NCBI GenBank assembly: GCA_963713615.1
Contig: CAVQMM010000001.1
Span: 3,392,001-3,456,000 of the forward strand
DNA length: 64,000 nt
DNA from: an uncultured Chlamydiae bacterium
GTDB lineage: Bacteria; Chlamydiota; Chlamydiia; Chlamydiales; JAJFMA01
Direction: 5' to 3'
Shown here: piece after piece, positions 39,635 to 49,569 of the stretch
How the letters are laid out: each line of letters opens with the position of its first letter
Numbering within the stretch: the first letter of the stretch is position 1
Position numbers and translations under genes: made by a program
Notes under the pieces: generated by a model
The model's input: the letters and a program-made list of their open reading frames with translations, nothing else
Database searches by the model: none
Told to the model about the DNA's origin: nothing

Positions 39635-40834
39635 TCAGTCCATGGAATCAAGCTTGTTACTTTCGGAAATTGGCGACGCAGGCGGTTGGGGGCTCCAATG
39701 CTCCTTACGCTGCAACACAACGCCATAGAAGCCATCCATGCCACCTTCGGTAGGGTGGCTAACGAATTCCTCTCCCACAACCTCTAAATCATAGGTTTTC
39801 ACAAAATGATCGGTTTGTTGCTCATTCTCGTTCTTTAACAAACTGCATGTGGCATAGACGATTCTTCCCTGAGGCTTGAGGTAGCTCAGAGCTCGCTCAA
39901 AAATCAGACGCTGTAGGCCCTCTATTTTCTTTACCCACTCAGGATCAAAACGCCACTTCATGTCAGGATTGCGACGTAAGGTTCCCGTGCCACTGCATGG
40001 CGCATCTACCAGAACCCAGTCGCAGTTCTTCTTAAGCTTGGCGAGCTTTGGGTCACCATCGATCATCACTTGTGCATTTTGGATGCCTGCTCGGCGAAGG
40101 CGTTTCCGCGCTTCATCGAGGGCATTTTTTCGCACGTCATGCAGATAAAGTTGTCCCTTATTTTTCATCTCCGCAGCGATTGCTAGGCTTTTACCGCCGG
40201 AGCCAGCACAGAAATCCATCACGATGTCGCCTGGCTCGGCTTTCACCAGGGCCGCTACTAGCTGGCTACCCTCATCCTGCACTTCAAATAGGCCATTGCG
40301 AAACTCTGGTAACACCAGAAAATTCAGCCTTTTAGAAAAAATAAAACCATTGGGTGCAAGCTTACAGGGGGTGACTTCACAATGAGTCGCTAACTGCACC
40401 AAGAGCTGTTCACGAGTGGTCTTCAGAGTGTTGGCCCTCGCCGTCGTGGGAGCCGCTGTGTTGCTAGCCAACGCTAAACGCATAGCCCCTTCTTCACCAT
40501 AGTCACAGACCAACAATTCAAATAGATTCTTTGGAAAACTCACGCGAATATGCGCTGGTATATCGCTGCGTTCACGATAGGCCTTGGGATCAAAATCACT
40601 GTAGCATGTTACCCGCTTCTCCCACGTCGGACTTCCTTCAATCACAAAGTCAAGGAGTCCTCGCCAGCGGACCAAGCCGTAGACCGTTTCGACGATGATT
40701 TTGCGGTCTGTTGATCCCAAAGCTTTGTGCTGCCGGCAATAATCCGATAGAAAAAGGTCTAATGGGGCCTCTTGCCGTTCGTAACCTTTTAGGATTTCTA
40801 GGAGATGATACGTACGAAAAACACTAGATTTCAT
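39635..40834 (-). CDS. rsmB: RsmB/NOP (Fmu/Sun) RNA m5C methyltransferase
   Basis: EVQDEGSQ, DFCAGSGGK, DAPCSGTG, YATCS and DGFY motifs. Confidence 0.9.
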   Translation of the reverse strand: MKSSVFRTYHLLEILKGYERQEAPLDLFLSDYCRQHKALGSTDRKIIVETVYGLVRWRGLLDFVIEGSPTWEKRVTCYSDFDPKAYRERSDIPAHIRVSFPKNLFELLVCDYGEEGAMRLALASNTAAPTTARANTLKTTREQLLVQLATHCEVTPCKLAPNGFIFSKRLNFLVLPEFRNGLFEVQDEGSQLVAALVKAEPGDIVMDFCAGSGGKSLAIAAEMKNKGQLYLHDVRKNALDEARKRLRRAGIQNAQVMIDGDPKLAKLKKNCDWVLVDAPCSGTGTLRRNPDMKWRFDPEWVKKIEGLQRLIFERALSYLKPQGRIVYATCSLLKNENEQQTDHFVKTYDLEVVGEEFVSHPTEGGMDGFYGVVLQRKEHWSPQPPASPISESNKLDSMD

Positions 40835-40906
40835 GGTGAAAATTTTACTTCATGAACGGAAAGTTGTATAAGAAAATTAAACATCGCACGGAGTGGAGGT
40901 ACCCCC

Positions 40907-41338
40907 ATGAAGAACTTTGTCATTTTACTCGCACGCCTGTTTATAAGCGCTATCTTTCTAGTCTCAGCAGTGCAGAAGGTGCTTGCTTGGGATGTCAATT
41001 CCGCTTACATGGCGTCTATGGGCATGCAGATGATACCCATCTTCCTCGCTGCAGCTACTGTAGTGGAGCTTTTCGGAGGATTATCTCTATTGGTTGGGGC
41101 AAGAGCACGTGCAGGTGCTTTAATTCTTGCTCTTTATCTTATACCAGTAACAATTCTCTTTCATAATTTCTGGGCCCTAACTGGTGAAGCGCAAAATCTT
41201 CAGCTAATCATGTTACTAAAAAATTGCGCGATTTTTGGAGGCTTACTTCTTATAGTTGCCAATGGGCCAGGAACACTCAGCGCAGATAACCGTCGTTTGC
41301 GACGTCGTGAAGCAGAAGCTGTGGAGGAAGAAAAATAA
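40907..41338 (+). CDS. DoxX family membrane protein
   Basis: LARLFISAIF, VELFGGLSLLVG, FHNFW and KNCAIFGGLL. Confidence 0.9.
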   Translation: MKNFVILLARLFISAIFLVSAVQKVLAWDVNSAYMASMGMQMIPIFLAAATVVELFGGLSLLVGARARAGALILALYLIPVTILFHNFWALTGEAQNLQLIMLLKNCAIFGGLLLIVANGPGTLSADNRRLRRREAEAVEEEK

Positions 41339-41462
41339 AGGCTAAGCCGCTCGATATATATATCACAAGCGGGAGCTTTCGCGTTGGTCGAAATGTGCAA
41401 AACCTACCCGCGTGTGGTATAGATTTCCACCTCTTGAACTATTGGTTCAACCCTGGTAATTT

Positions 41463-43205
41463 ATGAGCTTTACACCAAATGTGGTGCCCATGAAATCGGA
41501 TCTTAGTCTTTCGCGTCCATCGCAATTAGGCCTTATTCTTTTGTCCTTTGCGATTACAGCTTTCGGGCAGCCCGCCTGGTATTGGTGGTTAGGGCTCATC
41601 AGTTCCATTTGTGGCATGGCCCTCTTTTGGCGTGTTCTACTCTGCTATGAAAACTGGCGAAAGCGTTTTCTCATCGGTGCCCTTTGGTTTGGCGCCGTTA
41701 CAATGGTTCAATTGTCCTGGGCCGTCTCTCATCCCTACTCTTATATTTATGCCGTCTTGCTGATGTGCTGCTCTTTGACGGGCATTCAGTTTGGTCTATT
41801 ATGTGCCCTAATCACTCCCGAAAGACTGTGGCGCCGCCGTTTTGTTTTCGTCGGGGCTGCCATCTGGACCGTTCTAGAATGGAGCCGCCTATTTTTCTTG
41901 TCAGGATATACCTGGAACCCTTCCGGGCTAGCGCTCACTGGTAGTATCTATTCGTTGCAAAGTGCTTCTCTCTGGGGCGTGTTTGGTCTTACTTTTTGGA
42001 TGACCTTAGTAAATCTACTAGCCCTACGCACTTGGGTCTTCGGTCACTCTTGGTCGCCGCGCTTAGTCTTCACCGCGGCAGCCCTTTTCCCTTACATCTA
42101 TGGTGCTGGCCACCTTGTCTATCACGACTATGCGAGACAACACCAGTCCAGTGGTAGTGAGCTGACAGCCCTGCTAGTACAGCCCTTGTTCCCCGTGGAA
42201 AGTAAAGGAGCTTTCTCTCAGCCAGACCAAGCAATCATTTACGTGCTAGATCAGTGGAGGCACCTGCTACAGCTCACACTGCCCTATCAGGGGCAGCAGC
42301 TGGATTTGATCGTTTTGCCTGAATACGTGGTCCCCTTTGGAACTTATTGGCCCGTGTATAGCCTAGAGTCTGTGAAAGCCATGTTCGCTTCTGTTTTTGG
42401 TCCCGAAAGCTGGAGCAAGTTACCCAAACCTCAAGAGCCTGATGCTGTAGCTATTGAAACAACTGCAGGGCCAAAATGGGTTGTTAGCAATGCCTATATC
42501 GTTCAAGGAATTGCCAATCTATTTAATGCTAGCGTGGTGACGGGCCTGCAAGATGAAGAGGATAGTGAAGATGGTTCTTTTCATGGCTATAGCGCAGCCT
42601 TCCACTTTCTCCCTAATAGCTGCGAGCGTAGTCGTTATGAAAAACAGGTCCTATTACCTATGGGAGAATACATTCCCTTTTCTTTTTGCCGCGATTTAGC
42701 AGCGCGTTATGGGATCGTTGCCTCCTTCACGCCAGGCCCTGGAGCCAAAATTCAGCAGTGTTCTAAGGTTCGCTTTGGGATTTCTATTTGCTACGAAGAG
42801 ACCTTTGGTAACCTGATGCGTCATAATCGAGCCCAAGGTGCTGACCTGCTTGTCAATGTGACGAATGATGGCTGGTATCCCAACTCATTAGTCTCACAGC
42901 AGCACTTCGATCATTCTCGTCTTCGTACCGTTGAAATGGGCATTCCCCTCGTTCGGGCTGCCAACACCGGGGTTACCGGCGCTGTGGATAGCTTGGGAAG
43001 GGTCATCACTCTTCTCGAAAAAGATCATGTCCCCCTGATTAACGACCCGGGAGCCGTTAAGGTCTCCGTTCCCCTCTACCATTATTCCACTCTTTATACA
43101 ATCGTAGGCGATGGACTCATCCTCACCCTCGCCCTTATGGCCCTTATTTTCTCGGCTCGACTCTTTTCTTTTCATTATACAGCACGCGGTAATGATAGAG
43201 ATTAG
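41463..43205 (+). CDS. lnt: Apolipoprotein N-acyltransferase
   Basis: Transmembrane region, then LPE, YEKQVLLPMGEYIP, ICYEE, VTNDGWY and RAANTGVT. Confidence 0.95.
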   Translation: MSFTPNVVPMKSDLSLSRPSQLGLILLSFAITAFGQPAWYWWLGLISSICGMALFWRVLLCYENWRKRFLIGALWFGAVTMVQLSWAVSHPYSYIYAVLLMCCSLTGIQFGLLCALITPERLWRRRFVFVGAAIWTVLEWSRLFFLSGYTWNPSGLALTGSIYSLQSASLWGVFGLTFWMTLVNLLALRTWVFGHSWSPRLVFTAAALFPYIYGAGHLVYHDYARQHQSSGSELTALLVQPLFPVESKGAFSQPDQAIIYVLDQWRHLLQLTLPYQGQQLDLIVLPEYVVPFGTYWPVYSLESVKAMFASVFGPESWSKLPKPQEPDAVAIETTAGPKWVVSNAYIVQGIANLFNASVVTGLQDEEDSEDGSFHGYSAAFHFLPNSCERSRYEKQVLLPMGEYIPFSFCRDLAARYGIVASFTPGPGAKIQQCSKVRFGISICYEETFGNLMRHNRAQGADLLVNVTNDGWYPNSLVSQQHFDHSRLRTVEMGIPLVRAANTGVTGAVDSLGRVITLLEKDHVPLINDPGAVKVSVPLYHYSTLYTIVGDGLILTLALMALIFSARLFSFHYTARGNDRD

Positions 43206-43327
43206 ATCGTCATTCTATTTGATGAATTCGTTCTCAGTGAAATTTCTATAATTTGCATTGAAACTTAATTGCCAATCATCTACGTTAGAAATTCTAAAAT
43301 TCGCAACATTACTATATAGGAATAAAT

Positions 43328-44494
43328 ATGGACAAGCTTAATCAAAATACTGATGGCATTAAAGTTAATGAATGGGTATTAGAGGATTTTGACGCTCTTC
43401 TAAATCCAAACAACAAGAAACGACCATTAGGGGGAATGTCTCCCGAAATAATTAGTGAAATCGGTGCCCCATTCAAAAAGCAGGCAGTTTCTCCTGTAAA
43501 TGACAAAACATGCCAAGACATGACAAATGCTAACAATATTGACCAAACGGTCTTTGAAGCTAAAAGCCCTTTTTTATATAATTCCTATGACAAATTAAGT
43601 GATGTACCGCCCATTCTTATAAGCAAACCTATTACTGTTGAGACATTGAAAACAGTTATAATAGAAAATTGCAAAATAGTTAGTATCAGGAATTGCGGAA
43701 CGGATGAAATGGTTGCTGAGGAAGATTTTCAGACCGCCAGAGGTGTCCTTGAGGTGGAGTTTGAAGGGGGAAACCAATTTATAGGACCAGTAAGTAAGGG
43801 CATTCCTAATGGATTTGGTGTATTAACTCTGAAGGCGCCAGATGAGATTCGTCAGCTACTTCCAAAACATTCTGTCAGCGAATCTGGTATTATTGCAGGG
43901 GATTTTACAGTAGAAGAGGGGCATCTGGTACATCTCCAATGTATTAGACCGCAGAATGTTAGATCGCAGACGTCTTCTAAACTGGAAATGCCTAACAGTG
44001 ACGATATAGATGCCGTTCGCCTGAGTGTTTCTGGGAATATGTCAAACGAGAACAGGATTGGTCATTCGATTAGTCGTGATGATGGGTCTGGGCTGAGATG
44101 TGATGAGCTCGGTCGAAATAGCCGTATTAGTGTGACATCTATTGATAATATAATCTCAATCAATGCGCAATATGCAATTCAATACCCAAACAATACTCAG
44201 TATTTTGGTTCATTACTAAACGACAAGCCTCACGGCCAAGGTGAGCTTTGGATTGACGATTTTGAAGTTTCAGGGCAATGGACTAATGGAGTCTTCCAGG
44301 ATGGGAGGATTATTGCCCCTCCTTCAGAAATGATTGTGAGGATGCGAGAGGTGTATTCTATTCATTATCGCAATGGAGATTTTTATCTAGGTGAGGCAAG
44401 CAAAGATATTCCTGAGGGAAAGGGTACTTTATATCGCGGCGCTAAAGATTACAGAGGGGAATGGCGCCTTGGAAAGCTTCTCCGCAGTATATAA
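43328..44494 (+). CDS. MORN-repeat protein, paralog 1
   Basis: YFGSLLNDKPHGQG and YLGEASKDIPEGKG repeats plus the shared IIENCKIV...PNGFGVL domain. Confidence 0.8.
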   Translation: MDKLNQNTDGIKVNEWVLEDFDALLNPNNKKRPLGGMSPEIISEIGAPFKKQAVSPVNDKTCQDMTNANNIDQTVFEAKSPFLYNSYDKLSDVPPILISKPITVETLKTVIIENCKIVSIRNCGTDEMVAEEDFQTARGVLEVEFEGGNQFIGPVSKGIPNGFGVLTLKAPDEIRQLLPKHSVSESGIIAGDFTVEEGHLVHLQCIRPQNVRSQTSSKLEMPNSDDIDAVRLSVSGNMSNENRIGHSISRDDGSGLRCDELGRNSRISVTSIDNIISINAQYAIQYPNNTQYFGSLLNDKPHGQGELWIDDFEVSGQWTNGVFQDGRIIAPPSEMIVRMREVYSIHYRNGDFYLGEASKDIPEGKGTLYRGAKDYRGEWRLGKLLRSI

Positions 44495-44631
44495 TAGCCA
44501 AGATCTTCGCAGCGCTTTGAAGGAAGGCCACTTCAGGTTCTATGCACACTGTCTTTTATGTTGCGAATTTAATTATTTATCCTATTATTGTTTATTGCAT
44601 TTAATTTTTCTATGTAATATGTTAGTTTGAG

Positions 44632-45696
44632 ATGAGTGTAATAAAAAGGAGTGATATCGTGGATGTAAACAACAATAATAGTAATGGCTATCAACTTGGC
44701 AGCTGTAATCCCTTGCATAGAAATAGCCCTAAAACTACTCCAGGGAATGTTGAAGCATTGCCGAATAGCATTGGGCGGTGCACTTCACCAACCCTTCTCT
44801 CAAAGATAAGAATAGATGCATATGAAGGGGGTTTTTATGACCCTATAATGAATTACACCGTTGCAAACCTTTCCGACAGCAATGTTTATGGCAGCCTTAA
44901 TCGATGTATGATAGGTAAATCAGAGACGCAAAATTCAGACTTGTCCACATATCCTACCATTATTGGGGACGACTCTTCCTCCATACCACCTTTTATGATG
45001 CCTGCTGAATTTAATAGCTCCACTCAATTATCAGATGAAATATTAAACGAAGCAATTTCATTTGACTACCACGATAGCTTTGATTCTGCTATCCGGGCTC
45101 TTGTTCCCATTTGTGGTGAAGACGTACCACGAAGTACTTCTCCTTCTTACCCCGTCGATGAAGATCAACAAAGCAGCAATAATAGGATCTTTGGCGATGG
45201 TCACAATCTGGATCCAATTCAGTCAGGCGATGAAGGTCAAGACTATGAAAAGAGTTGCTTAATACCTTGGAATTTTAACTCGAGACTGATCAAGGATCTT
45301 GCTAACCCTTCCAATCAGAGAGATTTCGTGCGATCGGAAAAGAACACTGTCAACAAGAGGAAAACGTATGATGGAAGAGATTTGGAATTTAATGTCGTAA
45401 AAAAAATTAGCGATGTCGAGACTGTTAAAATCATCGCAATTCCAAATGTCAAGATTATTAGCGTTGGTGATTTCAATGACGAGGCCAATGCGGAGGAGCA
45501 ATTCGTCAAAAATTGTGAACGTGGTATTTTACAGGTGAATTTTGAAGATGGGGGCAAATTCGTAGGAACGGTGCGCAAGGGCCAGCCTAGCGGGTTTGGA
45601 GTACTCACATTGAACGGTCGCACCATTGTTGGAGACTTTGAAATCGATGGTGAAAATCTTGTCCGCCTGGTAAGTAAACCTCAGTCTTCGTCATAA
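44632..45696 (+). CDS. MORN-family paralog 2 (shared domain only, long disordered N-terminus)
   Basis: IAIPNVKII...GILQVNFEDGGKFVG...PSGFGVLTL...GDFEIDGENL. Confidence 0.75.
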   Translation: MSVIKRSDIVDVNNNNSNGYQLGSCNPLHRNSPKTTPGNVEALPNSIGRCTSPTLLSKIRIDAYEGGFYDPIMNYTVANLSDSNVYGSLNRCMIGKSETQNSDLSTYPTIIGDDSSSIPPFMMPAEFNSSTQLSDEILNEAISFDYHDSFDSAIRALVPICGEDVPRSTSPSYPVDEDQQSSNNRIFGDGHNLDPIQSGDEGQDYEKSCLIPWNFNSRLIKDLANPSNQRDFVRSEKNTVNKRKTYDGRDLEFNVVKKISDVETVKIIAIPNVKIISVGDFNDEANAEEQFVKNCERGILQVNFEDGGKFVGTVRKGQPSGFGVLTLNGRTIVGDFEIDGENLVRLVSKPQSSS

Positions 45697-45726
45697 GGAT
45701 CGGTGACACTCAATATTTAGGGCAAA

Positions 45727-45782
45727 GACTTCTGCAATCACCTCAGCTGCCATCTGGAGCATTTGAGGTAATTGCAGAGATC
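45727..45782. repeat. Hairpin formed from two outward-facing TGAGGTAATTGCAG ends
   Basis: GACTTCTGCAATCACCTCA-N18-TGAGGTAATTGCAGAGATC; same end sequence as 38811. Confidence 0.7.
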
Positions 45783-45907
45783 CGCGAGCTGCGGAAACCG
45801 GCCTTTAACAAATTTTGATATTTCTATTGAATTTAAATGGATGTGTTTTTTAATATACAATACTTAGCGTCAATAATTTACTACTTTAATAATTACAAGG
45901 AACAAAA

Positions 45908-47149
45908 ATGGAAAATTTTGATATAAACGCCGGCAAAACATCTCCTGACTTAACACATAACCTCGATCAGATCAATAAGGGTCAAAATGCGCTTTCAACC
46001 GAACAAAAACAAAGCTTAGAGGAAATCCTTAAATTCTCAAAGTCTCTGCCAAAAAGAAAGTTCGAATCCAAAAAGACCATCCGCACAACCTTAAATTTAA
46101 GCCAAAGTCATTTGCTTTCAGGCCGTTCCTTTCCAATAAATACATCTGGTGAAAAGCGTACTTCCTATGATCATAAAGACAACTTACAGCCCGATCAAAT
46201 CAAAAAGAGAGCCGACACCGAATTAGCTAAGAAGATAGTCATCGAAAATTGTCGAATACTTTGCGTTACCAAGACCGGAGAAAAGCCAAAAGTAGCAGAG
46301 AGTATCATCATAAAAGAAGAGGGTGTCATTGAGGAAAAGAGTCCTGAAGTCAAAGAGGACCTAGCGAGCGGTGTTTTGACGGTACATTTTGAAGGGAACC
46401 GCCGGTTCGCAGGTGAAGTGGTAGACGGCTTGCCTAATGGATTTGGTGTCTTTGCATCGCCGAAAGACCCATCGAATAGCACAAAGAATTCAGGCCTTGA
46501 AATGAACCTCCTCACTGGAAGCTTTTTGATGCAAGCAGGCAACCTTGTTTGCTTCACCGGTGGGTATTCACCAGTTTCCCCAACCAGGGATCTATCTAAC
46601 AAAGAGTTGCAACCAACACCAACACCAACACCAACACCAACACCAACACCAATACCAACACCGACAATGCCGATAGACAACACGTCTGCCGATAAAGCGG
46701 ATGATTTGACTCCTCTTCAATCTCTCCCTCAATCGAACGTGATTGAGGAGAACGATTCAGAGGAGATAATTTTCGCATATTGCATTGGCCCGGGTGACCA
46801 AGTACTCAAAACCTGTGACATACACTACACCAATGGCGATTATTATAAAGGTTCTGTCTTGCAGAATAAACCTCATGGGCTTGGAGTCTACATGGAAGCT
46901 AATGGAGTGGAACATAGAGGAACGTGGCATCTTGGCAAATTCATTTCTAGTCAGTTTCAGGCTTGTGTTGTTGGTCCGTTCGACGTGATATTAGATGGGG
47001 ATACTATGTTAGTGGGTTATGCGAATGGAGATCGTTATATGGGTCGCTTAGTAGACGGGATGGCTCATGGACACGGCTGTTTGACTCGCAGCGGAAAGCA
47101 ATACCAGGGAAAATGGGAGGAAGGGGTATTGGTTGAACGAGACCGATGA
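45908..47149 (+). CDS. MORN-repeat protein, paralog 3, with a Pro-Thr linker
   Basis: NGDYYKGSVLQNKPHGLG and NGDRYMGRLVDGMAHGHG repeats. Confidence 0.82.
   Translation: MENFDINAGKTSPDLTHNLDQINKGQNALSTEQKQSLEEILKFSKSLPKRKFESKKTIRTTLNLSQSHLLSGRSFPINTSGEKRTSYDHKDNLQPDQIKKRADTELAKKIVIENCRILCVTKTGEKPKVAESIIIKEEGVIEEKSPEVKEDLASGVLTVHFEGNRRFAGEVVDGLPNGFGVFASPKDPSNSTKNSGLEMNLLTGSFLMQAGNLVCFTGGYSPVSPTRDLSNKELQPTPTPTPTPTPTPIPTPTMPIDNTSADKADDLTPLQSLPQSNVIEENDSEEIIFAYCIGPGDQVLKTCDIHYTNGDYYKGSVLQNKPHGLGVYMEANGVEHRGTWHLGKFISSQFQACVVGPFDVILDGDTMLVGYANGDRYMGRLVDGMAHGHGCLTRSGKQYQGKWEEGVLVERDR
46613..46666 (+). repeat. Hexanucleotide tandem repeat (CCAACA)x9 encoding Pro-Thr
   Basis: Nine units, two of them variant (CCAATA, CCGACA). 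Confidence 0.92.
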
Positions 47150-47277
47150 GAATGTAGGGTAAGGACCTCTGTCTTGATGTTGAATCCATCCGTTTCATTA
47201 TTCAATTGCATTAAAAATGTTAATTATATAAAATTTCACGTTTAAAATGGCAAAAATTATTTTAAACGGTGTAAAAT

Positions 47278-48405
47278 ATGGAAAGACTCAATTCACATGG
47301 CAATAGCATTGATGGTAACTCAATAAATTTTAGCAACCAGAAGGTCTCCCTCCCTCAAATTTGCACGCCTAGAAAACTGAATTTTGGACCTATTACTGTT
47401 GAGAGTACATGCTCAGAAACTAGTCTAGGTCCGTGCGTGAATTTAACTAGTAATTCATTATTAGGTGACAATAATTTTTTTAACTCATCAGATCGTAAAC
47501 GTAATACATACGATCAAAAAAATGATTTACCCGACAACCCTGCAAAAAAAGTTGCGAGCAGCGAACCTCTCAAGACCCTAGTCATTGAAAATACCAAGAT
47601 CGTTTATATGGTCAATATAGGAACAAAAGAATCGGTTAAACATAACGTATTCAAAGAGCAAAACGGCATATTTCGAGTTTATATTAAAGGATTCAGTAGG
47701 TTTTCAGGAATTGTGGTGGCGGGCGAGCCTAATGGGTTTGGAGTACTGCAAATAAAAAAATTGCCAGCGAGTTTATCGAAAAATCCCAATTATATCCCTT
47801 GTAAAATTGGTGATGATTTTATCATTTCCGGAGACTTTGCAATAGAAAATGGTCATCTCTTTAACTTTGGCTGGAATGGGTATCCTAGACACGATCTACT
47901 GCCTAAAGAGGAGCCATTGCCTAGATTAAATGGGATGGAAACTGTTCCTAACCCATTCATGCACGAGCCTGTTGAGGAGCGCAATAGTCCGCCCTATATC
48001 AAAATCTGTCCTAGCTCAATTGTATCAGACGATGTTATCTTGGCTTTTGGATTCACTGAACAGGACACGGTTTACCACATCTATAACATAGCGTATTCAA
48101 ATGGTGATTTATATCAAGGTATGCTGCGAAAAGGAAAACCGCATGGAGAAGGAACCCTCACCAGAAATGGAATGGAAATCTCTGGGGTGTGGAGTGACGG
48201 AAAATTGTCTGATAGGTTGACCCAGGTGGGGAAAACAAAGTCATCGGACAAGAAGCAATTAGCATACTTAGTCCGGTATGCAAATGGGGACCAATATTAC
48301 GGAGAGGCTGATGAGCGGATACCTCATGGCACAGGTACCTTGATTCATGATGGAAAGGAATACAAGGGACAATGGGAACAAGGGGAATTGATCAAGCGAA
48401 TTTGA
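47278..48405 (+). CDS. MORN-repeat protein, paralog 4
   Basis: NGDLYQGMLRKGKPHGEG and NGDQYYGEADERIPHGTG repeats. Confidence 0.82.
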   Translation: MERLNSHGNSIDGNSINFSNQKVSLPQICTPRKLNFGPITVESTCSETSLGPCVNLTSNSLLGDNNFFNSSDRKRNTYDQKNDLPDNPAKKVASSEPLKTLVIENTKIVYMVNIGTKESVKHNVFKEQNGIFRVYIKGFSRFSGIVVAGEPNGFGVLQIKKLPASLSKNPNYIPCKIGDDFIISGDFAIENGHLFNFGWNGYPRHDLLPKEEPLPRLNGMETVPNPFMHEPVEERNSPPYIKICPSSIVSDDVILAFGFTEQDTVYHIYNIAYSNGDLYQGMLRKGKPHGEGTLTRNGMEISGVWSDGKLSDRLTQVGKTKSSDKKQLAYLVRYANGDQYYGEADERIPHGTGTLIHDGKEYKGQWEQGELIKRI

Positions 48406-48681
48406 ATTGGCGACCCATGAGACGTCCCTCATAGGCCACAACTTAGCAAGTGCGGTATAACAAAGCGTATAGGCTCGGGCACGAGGAGGAGGGGAGGAAA
48501 CTGAGTTTAAGAAATTGTTTTAATGTTTCTTGCCCTGCTTAAAGCGTTCACAGCCCTTGCTTTTATCCGGTCGTTATATTAGCATGGTGCCTTGCTGCAG
48601 CCCTTTAAAAAAGCTAGCCAAGCTTTTCTTCGGGATGTTTTTGTCTGGCTTGTTAAAACTATTTCGCGAGTATGGGAAAAG

Positions 48682-49569
48682 ATGGGGTCTGTGACCGCTC
48701 TTTATCGTAAGCAACGTACATTGAAGAAGAGGGTCACTTTCTCCGGTATTGGCCTACATACTGGAGAGCTCGTTTCCATTTCTTTTTCGCCTGCAGAGGT
48801 GAATACAGGCATCACCTTCTGCCGCGCCGACCTACCCCAGAGACCGACTATTGCTGGCACCGTAGACAATATCCGAGATACCTCCCGCAACACCACTATA
48901 GGGGTTGGAGATGTTCGTCTACACACTGTAGAACATGTTTTGGCAGCCATTCGCGCCTATGACATCGATAATCTCTTTATTGAGGTTGAGGGAATTGAAC
49001 CCCCAGTTGGCAATGGCAGTTCAGATGTCTTTGTCGAGATGATCGAAAAGGCAGGCATCCATGAACAGTCTGCAAATGTCGCTATCCGGAGCCTCAAATC
49101 TCCCGTCTATCACTCTGAAGGTGATGTTCACCTCATCGCCCTTCCCTGTGATCGGTATAAGGTTAGCTATACCCTCAACTATCCCAATAATGAGCTCCTG
49201 CGCGCTCAGTATTTTTCTACCGATGTCACCACCGAAATCTTCAAAAAAGAACTAGCCTCCTGCCGCAGCTTCGGCCTTTATGAAGAAATTGGCCCTCTTA
49301 TCGACCGCGGTCTCATCAAAGGATGTAGCTTAGCCAACTCCGTCGTCATCAAAGATGACGTCGTTTTCAGCAAAGATGGGCTTTTCTTTCGAGACGAAAT
49401 GGTTCGTCATAAAGTTTTAGATTTAATTGGAGATCTCTCACTTGTGGGATTTCCATTCCAAGCACACATTGTTGCTATCCGTTCGGGGCACGCGTCGCAT
49501 AAGACCTTCTCGAAAAAACTCTGTAACGCTTTTACCATGGAGAAACTCGATGCCGACCACAACAGCTGA
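48682..49569 (+). CDS. lpxC: UDP-3-O-acyl-GlcNAc deacetylase
   Basis: [29 protein letters not shown] and SGH motifs; start trimmed. Confidence 0.96.
   Translation: MGSVTALYRKQRTLKKRVTFSGIGLHTGELVSISFSPAEVNTGITFCRADLPQRPTIAGTVDNIRDTSRNTTIGVGDVRLHTVEHVLAAIRAYDIDNLFIEVEGIEPPVGNGSSDVFVEMIEKAGIHEQSANVAIRSLKSPVYHSEGDVHLIALPCDRYKVSYTLNYPNNELLRAQYFSTDVTTEIFKKELASCRSFGLYEEIGPLIDRGLIKGCSLANSVVIKDDVVFSKDGLFFRDEMVRHKVLDLIGDLSLVGFPFQAHIVAIRSGHASHKTFSKKLCNAFTMEKLDADHNS

Noticed and set aside
38767..39780. Short ORFs within the nested element
   Set aside because: They lie within palindromic repeats and have no recognisable protein motifs.
46195..46683. Antisense ORF with a GVGVGV run
   Set aside because: It is the reverse-strand shadow of the CCAACA repeat within the MORN gene.
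48592..48681. Long N-terminal extensions on lpxC (also fabZ, tpx, rplC and the 52103 ORF)
   Set aside because: These are ORF-caller extensions to the farthest start codon; conserved sequence and RBS point to downstream starts.
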